Both the position numbers and the translations under genes were made by a program. From contig JBFEYJ010000001.1 in NCBI GenBank assembly GCA_041562215.1, forward strand, positions 747 through 64,746: DNA of 64,000 nt. Direction: 5' to 3'. This document shows, piece after piece, positions 27,060 to 36,353 of this stretch (positions are counted from its first letter, which is position 1; each line of letters starts with the position of its first letter). This stretch comes from Thiohalomonadaceae bacterium (GTDB lineage Bacteria; Pseudomonadota; Gammaproteobacteria; Thiohalomonadales; Thiohalomonadaceae). A model generated the notes under the pieces. It worked only from the letters and a program-made list of their open reading frames with translations. It did not search any database and was not told the DNA's origin.

Positions 27060-29069
27060 CAAAGCGACTTTGACAGGCCAGAAGGCGCTGATCCTGGTCC
27101 CTTCACCACACACAGATTGAATATCGAAGGACCCGCCCATCAACTCGGCGCGTTCGCGCATACTTTTAAGTCCCAGACTGGGACCATTGACCACATCCGC
27201 ATCCATAACAAAGCCACAACCGTTATCATTAATATTCAGCGCCAACCTGTCATCCTGCACTTGCAGGGAGAGTTCGACCCGGTTAGCTGACGCGTGTTTG
27301 CTGATGTTATGAAAAGCCTCCTGCGTAATGCGGAAAATCACGACCTTGAGCTCTTCGCGTAACGCCGTTTCCTGAACCGTTACACTCTTTACCACTGCGA
27401 TCCAGGGGAACATGGTGCCGAACTCACGGCAAAACCAGTTGATGGTTGCCACTAAGCCAAGGTCATCAAGAATTGAGGGACGCAAATCCATCGAGGTACG
27501 GCGGACCTCCTCAATGGAGTCACGGATCTTGCCAACCACATCGTGCAGACGTTCCAGCGACTGTGCACTCGCTGACTCCTCTGCACAACGCAACACATCC
27601 TCGACCGAGAACTTGATTGCGCTCAGTCGCTGCCCGATACCATCATGCAGCTCATTAGCGATACGTTTCCGTTCGTTTTCCTGCGCCGTTATGAGCAGCG
27701 AGGAGAGTTGATGCATGGCCTGTTCTGAATGGCGCAATTCCTCATGGATACGCACCTGCTCTGAAACATCGATGACGTTTCCGAGCACAAACACCCCCTC
27801 ATCGTTTTCCAATCGGGCGTGGCTCATCTTCATCCAGATACTTCCCCCGTCACGTCGCCGCCCCTCCACGACGTTGGCGCGACTCATTGTTGCATTGGTG
27901 TTCTGGTCCATATCAGGTAACGACCCTAGGTCATCAACATCATCGAGCAATCGGTGTAATTCCATGCCTGCAATCTCATCACGGGTATAGCCGAAGATTT
28001 CCGCGAACCGTTCATTGCAAAACACCACCCGGTTTTCCTGCTGGAGGTAAATCCCTGTCAAGGTATTCTCAACCAGAGAGGTATAACGTCTCCCAAGGGC
28101 CTCAAGCGACAGACGATCACGCTCATTTTCATCGACTTGCTGTTTCAGCATATCGATCACCATGGTCAACTGCCCGGTCTTTCTTGCCACCTCGTGTTCA
28201 AGCTTTTTGCTGTATTCAATCGCGATCTCATCCTCACGACGTCGCTCACTGACATCTCGTATAATCGACACCAGTTCGCCCTTCCCGGCCGCATTCACAA
28301 TGGCATGAGTCCGCGCCTCTACCCAGCACCAGTCACCGGAAGCGTTTTTCAGGCGGAATGTATTGCTCTCGACGAATTCACCTGCAGGTATCTGGCTCAC
28401 TCTGTCAGCAACAGGGCCACGATCTTCCTCGTGGATCTGGGCAAACAGGCTAACGCCGAGCAACGCCTGCGGCTTGCGCCCCAGCAGTGCACTGCTTGCC
28501 GACGAGAGATAATGGATTGTGCCATCAGAACTGTGCTGGACAATAAGGTCGGAGACCGATTCGACCAGCAACTGCAACTTTTCCTCGCTGGCGGATGCCT
28601 TACGATCCATCCCTACCCGGCGGGAAACATCCTCAGCAACGAACAGGGAAAAACGGTTCTCATTGCCAAGTTTCACCTCGGTCTGATGCAGTGAGGAGAG
28701 ATGGATCTTCAGATAACGTGAAAGCTGTTCATCGTAAACGCGCAAACCGTTTGCAGGTGTCGCGAAACCAGCCATTCCAGCCAAAGCGACATGCTGCCTG
28801 AGGTAGCAGTCGGGTTCGGTGCAGTGAGGATGCAGTCGCTGGTGAAGACCGCCACCGGCGGCGCTTTGTACATCACCCAGCCCCCAGCGCTCTAAGGTTC
28901 GATTAGTGCGGACGATCCGACCGTCCGCATCAACCAGACAGATAAGCTGCGGCAGTGTATCGACGACCGCTTCCCAATGGCGCTTCGCCGTACCGATGGG
29001 ACCTTCAGTCGAGCCGTGTTCCACCGATGCGATACGCTTTAATCCAGACATGCTGAAATTATTATCCAT
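27012..29069 (-). CDS. multi-PAS sensor histidine kinase, HisKA_3 (NarX/DegS-like) type
   Basis: 685 aa with no obvious TM segment and PAS-like blocks. H-box IANELHDGIGQRLSAIKF; ATPase boxes NINDNGCGF and GLKSMRERAELMGG. The start ATG overlaps the gspM stop by 8 nt, and the 3' end overlaps the convergent LuxR-type gene by 48 nt. Confidence 0.9.
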   Translation of the reverse strand: MDNNFSMSGLKRIASVEHGSTEGPIGTAKRHWEAVVDTLPQLICLVDADGRIVRTNRTLERWGLGDVQSAAGGGLHQRLHPHCTEPDCYLRQHVALAGMAGFATPANGLRVYDEQLSRYLKIHLSSLHQTEVKLGNENRFSLFVAEDVSRRVGMDRKASASEEKLQLLVESVSDLIVQHSSDGTIHYLSSASSALLGRKPQALLGVSLFAQIHEEDRGPVADRVSQIPAGEFVESNTFRLKNASGDWCWVEARTHAIVNAAGKGELVSIIRDVSERRREDEIAIEYSKKLEHEVARKTGQLTMVIDMLKQQVDENERDRLSLEALGRRYTSLVENTLTGIYLQQENRVVFCNERFAEIFGYTRDEIAGMELHRLLDDVDDLGSLPDMDQNTNATMSRANVVEGRRRDGGSIWMKMSHARLENDEGVFVLGNVIDVSEQVRIHEELRHSEQAMHQLSSLLITAQENERKRIANELHDGIGQRLSAIKFSVEDVLRCAEESASAQSLERLHDVVGKIRDSIEEVRRTSMDLRPSILDDLGLVATINWFCREFGTMFPWIAVVKSVTVQETALREELKVVIFRITQEAFHNISKHASANRVELSLQVQDDRLALNINDNGCGFVMDADVVNGPSLGLKSMRERAELMGGSFDIQSVCGEGTRISAFWPVKVALSQFDQSVLNGVGSDL

Positions 29070-29661
29070 TATCTTTCACCTGTTTTCGATAACCCATGAG
29101 ATCCAGGCTGACATCCAGAACCTGCTGATCGCCACTACCACGCCATCTTGCTGTAGAACCTGATGGACGGGCTGAAATGGTCACGTTATTCAATTGCAAA
29201 ACCGGTGGTTGTGTTTCCAGCTCATAGAGAATTTTTTCCAACGTCGGCAAATCCATCCGCAAATTCACCCTGAGCACCACCCTATGCAGGCCGTTCTGTT
29301 CTTGCTCACCCAGGATCTGACTACTGACAATACTTCCTCCCTGTTTCTCAACAGACTGTTTCACCCGACGCTGCAATTCCGCAGCGGCAAGTGTCGGACG
29401 GTTGTTTTCAAGATAGTAGCCATGGCGCTTCTCCACCAATGCCAGGCGATTCAACTGTTCCCTCGCCGCCTTGCCCTCTTCAAGGATTGTCTGCGAACCG
29501 GCAATACGCTGGTTTAACCGCTGTAATTTTTGCTCATAACCGACCGCCACCCCTCGCAGTGGCATCACCAGTAGCACCCAGACAACGGAAATCATCACGA
29601 CGAGGATCGTCAGCGCGAGGATCCGCCGCTGCATTGATGTAAATTGTTCAAGGTGTATCAC
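29062..29661 (-). CDS. gspM: type II secretion system protein M
   Basis: 199 aa with a single N-terminal TM segment (ILALTILVVMISVVWVLLVMP). It follows gspL immediately with a 14-nt overlap. Size and topology fit GspM. Confidence 0.65.
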   Translation of the reverse strand: MIHLEQFTSMQRRILALTILVVMISVVWVLLVMPLRGVAVGYEQKLQRLNQRIAGSQTILEEGKAAREQLNRLALVEKRHGYYLENNRPTLAAAELQRRVKQSVEKQGGSIVSSQILGEQEQNGLHRVVLRVNLRMDLPTLEKILYELETQPPVLQLNNVTISARPSGSTARWRGSGDQQVLDVSLDLMGYRKQVKDNG

Positions 29662-30820
29662 TATTGCCCCTTATCGCCAGCGAAATGACATAACGCTCAT
29701 TCCCGGTTTTCGGGTTTTGCGTTAATGGCGCTTCAAAGCGAGGGTCGGAAAAGATCGAGGATTTGCTGAGCTGTGCCAACAACTCGGAAGCGGCACTCGC
29801 CTCACCGCTTAGCCTGACACGCCCGGATGTTATCGTAACCTGTCCTGCCCACGACTCATCTGACATCAGATGTGTAAGCTCCAATAACACATCTAGCACG
29901 GAGGGCATTGCGCTTGTCTGCTGCTGTATCAGGGTCATCCGTTCTATACGGTCAAGGAGATCCTCCCGATCGCTTTCTGCCTGATGCAGCTGTGCACGCA
30001 ACCCCGAGAGCTCACTTTCGAGTTGGGAGGTCGCCTGCTGACGCTGAATAAATGGCATGACAGCAACGACCAGCAGCAGCGCCAAAGCCGACAGAGCCAA
30101 CACCCGGTCAAATCGATTCATGCCGGCCGTTGCCGAACGCCACTCTGGAGGACAGAGATCGATACCCTCCCTTCCATTAGCCGATGCACTGGCAACGTCC
30201 ACTGTTGCTATTTCGATATTCATGTCGGCAAGCGCATGAATGGCCGGCTCCACCCCTTCAGTCGGTGCCACGTAAAGTATGATTGCAATTTTTTTGTTCA
30301 CCAAATCACGACGAACAATCCTGTAATCGAAGACCACGTCGCTCTCAGCGAAGGGGGTATAGTGGTCCATGGAAAACGACAATACCCGACGCAAGGTACT
30401 CTCCGCCTCAAGTGGCAACTCCAGTTCACGCACCAACACGAGAGCCTCATCGAGCAGAAGGTCACAACGCTGTTTCAGCAGATACGGAGGTAAGCTGCCG
30501 CTGGTGCTGCTCCCAGACTCAAGCGCATGACAGATTTCCTCACCTGTCGGGCTGTTCGGATCGACAAAACACAACTTCTCGTGTGATATCGTGACCAGCA
30601 GGCGTTGCTCAGAGAAGAGTCGACGCAGCGAGGGCGGCAGAAGCAAACCGATCTCCCCCAGCCACCAGTGAACCATTGGCATCACCGACGAAAAATGCGA
30701 TTTCAGTTTCGCTCCATCCACTCCTGAGCCACTAACCTCCTTATGTCCTCTGGGTTTATCAAGGGGATCCCCGCTCCCCGCCTCAGAAGCTGTTCTATTT
30801 TCATCATCAATAGCATTCAT
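29648..30820 (-). CDS. gspL: type II secretion system protein L
   Basis: 390 aa with a cytoplasmic N-domain, one TM segment near residue 250 (VLALSALALLLVVAVMPFI) and a periplasmic C-domain. Paired with gspM. Confidence 0.7.
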   Translation of the reverse strand: MNAIDDENRTASEAGSGDPLDKPRGHKEVSGSGVDGAKLKSHFSSVMPMVHWWLGEIGLLLPPSLRRLFSEQRLLVTISHEKLCFVDPNSPTGEEICHALESGSSTSGSLPPYLLKQRCDLLLDEALVLVRELELPLEAESTLRRVLSFSMDHYTPFAESDVVFDYRIVRRDLVNKKIAIILYVAPTEGVEPAIHALADMNIEIATVDVASASANGREGIDLCPPEWRSATAGMNRFDRVLALSALALLLVVAVMPFIQRQQATSQLESELSGLRAQLHQAESDREDLLDRIERMTLIQQQTSAMPSVLDVLLELTHLMSDESWAGQVTITSGRVRLSGEASAASELLAQLSKSSIFSDPRFEAPLTQNPKTGNERYVISLAIRGNSDTP

Positions 30821-31057
30821 TGTTGTGTATCAATTGGACATCGTCTTCAAAACTATAGTCCAGCCACTTCTCATCCGCCGTAGGTGCCCGCAGTAGGACA
30901 ACACCTTAGCTGTGTGTAGGTAGTACCCCATCCCCTATGAATCAGCCATTGATGGATTACATTTAATGACGTCACCATGACAACTAGAGGCCGCGCCTGC
31001 CTGCCAGAGGCACACCAAGGCCACGTTAATCACAGTAAATCTCCGTGGGAGAAACCA

Positions 31058-31768
31058 ATGAAGTCCACACTATTATCTGTCCGGAAGAAGATGCCGTCTT
31101 TCGTCAGCCTGATCACCATTACGGCTGCTGCGATAGCCGCCCAAGCGGGCGCCGCAGAGGAAATGAATCACCACCATCATGCCGGTCATGCACCGATGCA
31201 GATTCAGGAGACCACGGCGGTAAATACCATGGAAGATCACTCCCAGCATATGCAGGCTATCCAGTCGATGAAAAATCACGATTACCGGCGCCATGTCGAT
31301 AACTACACGCTGCCGTCGCTGGAATTGGTCGATATGCACGGCAAAACGCTCCGCATGGATGAGGTGCTGAATACCGATCAGCCACTGATGGTGAATTTCA
31401 TCTACACCTCCTGCACAACCATCTGTCCGATCCTCAGCGCCACATTTTCATCAGCACAACAGCAGATGGGAGAGGAGGCTGAACCTGTTAAATGGGTTTC
31501 GATCTCTATCGATCCGGAATACGACACACCGGAACGCCTGCGAGAATATGCCCAACGTTTTGACGCCGGTGCCAACTGGCAATTCATCACCGGCGAGGTC
31601 GAACAGATCATCGAACTGCAAAAGGCCTTTAATGTCTATTTCGGCAGTAAGGCCAACCACAAGCCGGTCACCCTGATGCGAGCAGGACGCGATCAGTCAT
31701 GGGTACGGATCGAGGGTCTCACCAGCGGAGCCGAACTGGTCGCAGAGTACCGACAGATCGCACGGTAG
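31058..31768 (+). CDS. SCO1/SenC copper chaperone (thioredoxin fold) with His-rich N-terminal extension
   Basis: GGGAGA SD plus ATG 31058 and a signal/anchor (SFVSLITITAAAIAAQAGAA). His/Met-rich stretch EEMNHHHHAGHAPMQ...MEDHSQHMQAIQSMKNH. CxxxCP motif FIYTSCTTICP, plus a downstream conserved His region (KANHKP). Confidence 0.85.
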   Translation: MKSTLLSVRKKMPSFVSLITITAAAIAAQAGAAEEMNHHHHAGHAPMQIQETTAVNTMEDHSQHMQAIQSMKNHDYRRHVDNYTLPSLELVDMHGKTLRMDEVLNTDQPLMVNFIYTSCTTICPILSATFSSAQQQMGEEAEPVKWVSISIDPEYDTPERLREYAQRFDAGANWQFITGEVEQIIELQKAFNVYFGSKANHKPVTLMRAGRDQSWVRIEGLTSGAELVAEYRQIAR

Positions 31769-31770
31769 TG

Positions 31771-33432
31771 ATGAAATTATCGCGACAACTGGTACTCCTG
31801 CTGTTATTTTCTTCGAACGGGCTTGCTGTCACTGTACAGGAGAGTCTGCCTGCGCATAGCGGCAAGCAATCACAACAAGAACGACTCGAGGCCGGGAAGC
31901 AGATCTACCTTTACGGCAAACTTGCCGACGGCGAACCCATCACCGCCAGGGTCCGCGGCGATGTCACGCTGCGAGGCGCCGGATACGCTTGCGTCAATTG
32001 CCACCGGCGTAGCGGTATCGGATCGAGCGAAGGAGGTGATCCGGTCCCGCCATTGATCGGCAACGCGCTTTTTTCACCGCGCGTCGTCGCTTTGCACGAT
32101 AATTACCCTAGCGGCGCCTTACACAATGAAACCCGTCCTGCCTATACGACTGATAGCCTGAAGCGGGCACTCAGGCAAGGGGTCGATCCGACCGGACGGG
32201 AACTGTCACCACTGATGCCTCGCTTTTCGCTCACGGACAACGAGGTGCTTGCAATCTCCAGTTACCTTGCCAGCCTGAGCGTCGCCATACCGCCGGGAAT
32301 CGATGACCAGGAAATGCATTTCGCCACCATCACGACACCCGGCAACGATGCCGCACGTCAAGCCATGCTCGATGTCTTCACCACCTTTTTCCGCGACAAG
32401 AATGCCGGCACCCGCAGCGAAACCCGACGGGCGCAAAATTCGCCCTACCACAAGGACTGGGTCTACGGGGCGTATCGGCGCTGGCGACTGCATGAGTGGA
32501 TGTTGCATGGAGCACCGGAAGAATGGCAGGTGCAACTGCAGGCTTTCTATACCAAGCAGCCGGTGTTTGCCATCCTCGGTGGTGTGGGGAGCGACGACTG
32601 GCTGCCCGTTCACCGCTTCTGCGAGGAACAACAACTCCCCTGCCTGATGCCGCATATCCCTTTGCCGCCGACACATGCCGACGACGACTTCTACTCAGTC
32701 TATTTCTCCCGTGGGGTCGAATTGGAGGCCCAAACGCTGGCCAAGCACCTCAGCGACACCACCCGGCAGTCACAGCAGGTGATTCAGGTACGAATTGAGC
32801 AGGGCGTTGCGCAAGCGGCGACAGATGCCTTGCATCAGGCATTAGCAGGCAGGGAGACACTTACGCTAACGGAAATCATCCTGGCGTCAGACCAGGTACC
32901 CGCCCTCGATTTCTGGACAGAGCTTGCCGCAAAGTATGGTGAGGCGGTGTGGGTCCTGTGGCTCGACGAAGAGCACCTGAAGGGGCTCACTTCACTTGCC
33001 GAAGCGGGTTCCACATCACCTGCGGCAATTTATCTTTCAGCGTCACTTCAGCGAAACATCTCTGCCCTGCAGCATCATCCACTGCATTCACGCTTCACCC
33101 TGCTCACTCCCTACCGGGCAACCGACAATGAAAATAACACCCTTCGTTTTCGCACCTGGGCACGCCTGCGTCAGCTGCCGATCAGCAACCTGCACCTTCA
33201 GTCTTCCAGTTTTCTCGCTGCCACCCTGCTGGGCGAAACCCTGATGCACCTGCGCGGCAATCTCTCACGAGAGTATTTTATCGAGCGCATCGAACATATT
33301 ATCGACAACATGATCAACCCCTCGCTTTATCCTCGTATCAGCCTCGCTCCGGGTCAACGCTTCGCCGCTAAGGGGTGTTATGTGTGGGAAATGGGAAAGG
33401 ACTTCGAAACCGCCGAATGGATCGTTCCGTAA
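31771..33432 (+). CDS. c-type cytochrome fused to a type-I periplasmic-binding-protein-like domain
   Basis: ATG 31771 lies 2 nt after the SCO1 stop. Signal peptide MKLSRQLVLLLLFSSNGLAV and a single heme motif ACVNCHRRSG. About 400 further aa resemble LivK-type binding proteins (FATITTPGNDAA...FAILGGVGSDDW...); the second-domain call is by resemblance only. Confidence 0.65.
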   Translation: MKLSRQLVLLLLFSSNGLAVTVQESLPAHSGKQSQQERLEAGKQIYLYGKLADGEPITARVRGDVTLRGAGYACVNCHRRSGIGSSEGGDPVPPLIGNALFSPRVVALHDNYPSGALHNETRPAYTTDSLKRALRQGVDPTGRELSPLMPRFSLTDNEVLAISSYLASLSVAIPPGIDDQEMHFATITTPGNDAARQAMLDVFTTFFRDKNAGTRSETRRAQNSPYHKDWVYGAYRRWRLHEWMLHGAPEEWQVQLQAFYTKQPVFAILGGVGSDDWLPVHRFCEEQQLPCLMPHIPLPPTHADDDFYSVYFSRGVELEAQTLAKHLSDTTRQSQQVIQVRIEQGVAQAATDALHQALAGRETLTLTEIILASDQVPALDFWTELAAKYGEAVWVLWLDEEHLKGLTSLAEAGSTSPAAIYLSASLQRNISALQHHPLHSRFTLLTPYRATDNENNTLRFRTWARLRQLPISNLHLQSSSFLAATLLGETLMHLRGNLSREYFIERIEHIIDNMINPSLYPRISLAPGQRFAAKGCYVWEMGKDFETAEWIVP

Positions 33433-33450
33433 GGTTCAAAGTTCAAAAGG

Positions 33451-33518
33451 TAGGAGCGGCGTGCCCTGTCGCCATATGCTAAAGATGCCACCGCTGTCGT
33501 GGAAAGATGCCGCTCCTA
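33451..33518. repeat. REP-like inverted repeat between convergent genes
   Basis: taggagcggc ... gccgctccta: perfect 10-bp arms separated by 48 nt, in the gap between the cytochrome gene and gspB. Confidence 0.4.
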
Positions 33519-33581
33519 AGGCAAAAGCTAGCGGCAGGGTTTAAGAACAGTGTCCAACCTAGAATACTGAACTTAAAATTT

Positions 33582-34523
33582 TCAGCGTTGAAGGCGAAAC
33601 ACCTGCCCCTGATAACTCAACACCAAATCCTTCCGGCCGATCTCCTCCACCTCAATCCCTGCCTCTGTACGATCCCCTTCGCGGTACTTTTTCATATTAA
33701 TGATGACAAATCGAGCCTCTGCTTCATCGGCATATGCCTGGGCATTGATCACGATCTTCGGCAGCGTGCTTTGGAAACGGTACGGCAGGGTGCGCAACAA
33801 CGGGGGAAGCGGTTCGTCCGGCATCACATCATCGTGCGCGGAGAGATCGACCTCAGTGGTACCGATTTGCGGAACAAAGTCTGACGCCGGCGTATCAAGA
33901 TCGGGCAACGGCCAGCCATGCTTCACTTCACCAGAGACCATGTCCACCACCTCATCGCTGTGATCCTCCACACGAGAAGTTAGTGATGATCCGGTGCTCT
34001 CTTGCCGTTTCTCCTCAGCCATACTCTCTTCCACACTGCGAGTGGTATGCCTTGTCTCAGGCCGGGATACTGTGGCAGGAAGTTCCCTTATCGCTATATC
34101 CACTGTCTTGGGCGCCGGGGAATCATCGGCGATGAGCATCGATGACGATGCCTTTGTGGCGTCGACGGTAGGCGTGGAAAGCGCTACAGGTTGGGGTTCG
34201 GCTAATACAGGGGATCGGGCAGACGGCATTCGCTGTGGCGTTTTGGTATTGCTGCTATCAGCGATTCCGGCATGCATTTGCTCGATAACTTCGGCATCAA
34301 CATCATCAGCGGCAGAGGCTACTGCCTCTGCTGTGACGTCATCACTGGCCCACCACCAGGTTAGCGCCATGGCGCAGGCCGTCACAACAGCAACATAGAT
34401 GAGGCGTCTTGCCTGTCCATGCCTGGCGACAATGTCATACTGACGCGGTGCGGCGATAGTGGAGTTACGAGTTAAGTCTCGCTCCGTCTCCGCCTTGCGC
34501 AATGCATCGAGTATGTAAGACAT
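33582..34523 (-). CDS. gspB: general secretion pathway protein B (GspB/ExeB-like)
   Basis: Characteristic N-terminus MSYILDALRKAETER, one TM segment and a low-complexity periplasmic region. Lies immediately downstream of gspA. Confidence 0.6.
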   Translation of the reverse strand: MSYILDALRKAETERDLTRNSTIAAPRQYDIVARHGQARRLIYVAVVTACAMALTWWWASDDVTAEAVASAADDVDAEVIEQMHAGIADSSNTKTPQRMPSARSPVLAEPQPVALSTPTVDATKASSSMLIADDSPAPKTVDIAIRELPATVSRPETRHTTRSVEESMAEEKRQESTGSSLTSRVEDHSDEVVDMVSGEVKHGWPLPDLDTPASDFVPQIGTTEVDLSAHDDVMPDEPLPPLLRTLPYRFQSTLPKIVINAQAYADEAEARFVIINMKKYREGDRTEAGIEVEEIGRKDLVLSYQGQVFRLQR

Positions 34524-34530
34524 GGCGGTT

Positions 34531-36330
34531 CTAGTCGTTCCTGTTTGTTGCCACCAGCAGGGGAACCTGCGGTTGCTCCAGTAGGTTGTTCAAATGAATG
34601 AGCGTGCGTGGACCGGCGATGCCGTCCGCCGCCAGACCACGCGAGTGCTGGAAGGCGCGAAGCCGCTGTTGCAGATCCCGATCGAACTCCCTTGCTGAGG
34701 TCACCACACCGTCTCCACGCTGGAGCGCCCCCTGCAACCATTGAACCGCCTGCTCATTGGCACCGGCGGCGATCATCGAGACCCTTCCGAGTGGCGGTCG
34801 CCAGAGCAACATGAATTCCCCTGTCCAATACGCCTCCAACTCCCGTAAAGCCACCGGGAACACACCCTCGGCTGTCGCCACCAGCGCGCGCTTTCTATCC
34901 AGGCCAACCAGGGCCAGATAGGCCTCATTTCCGTGCTGCCGATGCAAAGTGAGCAGAGCCGGACGGTTGTAGCCACGGAGCTCATCCCAACGGCCAAAGT
35001 CTTCCATGCAACTCAGACCATGACGATTGGCCCGGCGGCACAAAGAGAGGCGATCGACCGCATTACCGTCTATTCCCCAGCGATCAGACAGGGCGTGCAG
35101 CGCTACCGGAATCCCCCTCTGTACCACATGATCCGCCGACAGGAATTCGCCGGTGGCGGGAGTCTCTTTCCCGGGAGACTCTTCTCTAGCCGCAACAATC
35201 GCCGGCACCCTGCCCGATAACGACCCCAGTCTTGGCTGCGCAGGGATGGTGGCTGACAGGGGGCGTCCGGAGGAGACCGGCGAAGCGGTGGCAGAGTCAC
35301 CTCCTGCTACCGCGTTATGTGGATCAGGCCCAGGCACCGTTGGCAACAAGTCACTCCGCGTGAACCAATCACCGGTAATCCCCGTACTAACCATGTCGGT
35401 CATGTCTTCCACTGAAGAGACATTACCGTTAACGGCCAACCCGGCCAGTGTAAGAACGAGTAAACCCGCTACCATCGCGGCCGCCGGGAGAGCAAAGCCT
35501 CGCCGGGCACCGCCCTCCTCACCTCGCCACTCCCTGGCGGCATGGCGCACAATAGTGGCCTTGACCGAGAGAGATTCGGTGGCATACGCGCCGATCAGCG
35601 CCCGATCACACAGAATATTGATCACCCTGGGGATCCCCTGGGAGTGACGGTAGATCTGTCTAAACGCCGCACCGCTGAACAGCCTTTGCCCGCAACCGGC
35701 CACCGCCAGCCGGTGCTGAATATAGCCCTGCGTCTCGGACAGGGAGAGTGGTTCAAGGTGATAACGCGCCGTGACCCGCTGTGCCACTTGGCGCAAGGCG
35801 GGGTGTTGCAGTTTCTGCCGCAACTCCGGCTGCCCGATCAGGAACACCTGTAACAATTTGTGGGTCGCTGTTTCAAGGTTGGTCAACAACCTAACCTGCT
35901 CCAGCACCTCAGGGAGGATATTTTGCGCCTCATCGATAATCACCACAGTGCGCCGTCCCGCGGCGTGTGTTGCCAGCAATCGCTGGTTGAGCAAGGCTAC
36001 CAGTTCACCGGTAGGTGTAACGCGCCTGGGCACACGTAGTTGCAACTCTGCGGCAATGGCCAGCAGCAGTTCCCGAGCGTTATCGGGCGGACTTAACAAA
36101 AGCGCCACATCGACGCTCTCCGGCAACTGTTCGAGAAAGGCCCGGCAAATGGTGGTCTTGCCGGTGCCTACCTCACCGGTTAGCTGGACGAATCCCCCCC
36201 CCTCCTCAGTACCGAACAACAGGTGAGCCATCGCCTCCCGGTGACGCTCGCTCAGAAACAGGTAGCGTGGATCCGGGGTAATGGCGAAAGCATTCTCCCT
36301 GATCCCGAAATAGTCGCTGTAGATGCGCAT
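34531..36330 (-). CDS. gspA: ExeA/GspA AAA ATPase with C-terminal peptidoglycan-binding domain
   Basis: Walker A GEVGTGKTT, Walker B VVIIDEAQ, a central TM segment and a C-terminal PG_binding_1-like motif (LRAFQHSRGLAADGIAGPRTLIHLN). Confidence 0.85.
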   Translation of the reverse strand: MRIYSDYFGIRENAFAITPDPRYLFLSERHREAMAHLLFGTEEGGGFVQLTGEVGTGKTTICRAFLEQLPESVDVALLLSPPDNARELLLAIAAELQLRVPRRVTPTGELVALLNQRLLATHAAGRRTVVIIDEAQNILPEVLEQVRLLTNLETATHKLLQVFLIGQPELRQKLQHPALRQVAQRVTARYHLEPLSLSETQGYIQHRLAVAGCGQRLFSGAAFRQIYRHSQGIPRVINILCDRALIGAYATESLSVKATIVRHAAREWRGEEGGARRGFALPAAAMVAGLLVLTLAGLAVNGNVSSVEDMTDMVSTGITGDWFTRSDLLPTVPGPDPHNAVAGGDSATASPVSSGRPLSATIPAQPRLGSLSGRVPAIVAAREESPGKETPATGEFLSADHVVQRGIPVALHALSDRWGIDGNAVDRLSLCRRANRHGLSCMEDFGRWDELRGYNRPALLTLHRQHGNEAYLALVGLDRKRALVATAEGVFPVALRELEAYWTGEFMLLWRPPLGRVSMIAAGANEQAVQWLQGALQRGDGVVTSAREFDRDLQQRLRAFQHSRGLAADGIAGPRTLIHLNNLLEQPQVPLLVATNRND

Positions 36331-36353
36331 GTTTTTTGCCGTGCCTGTATCGG

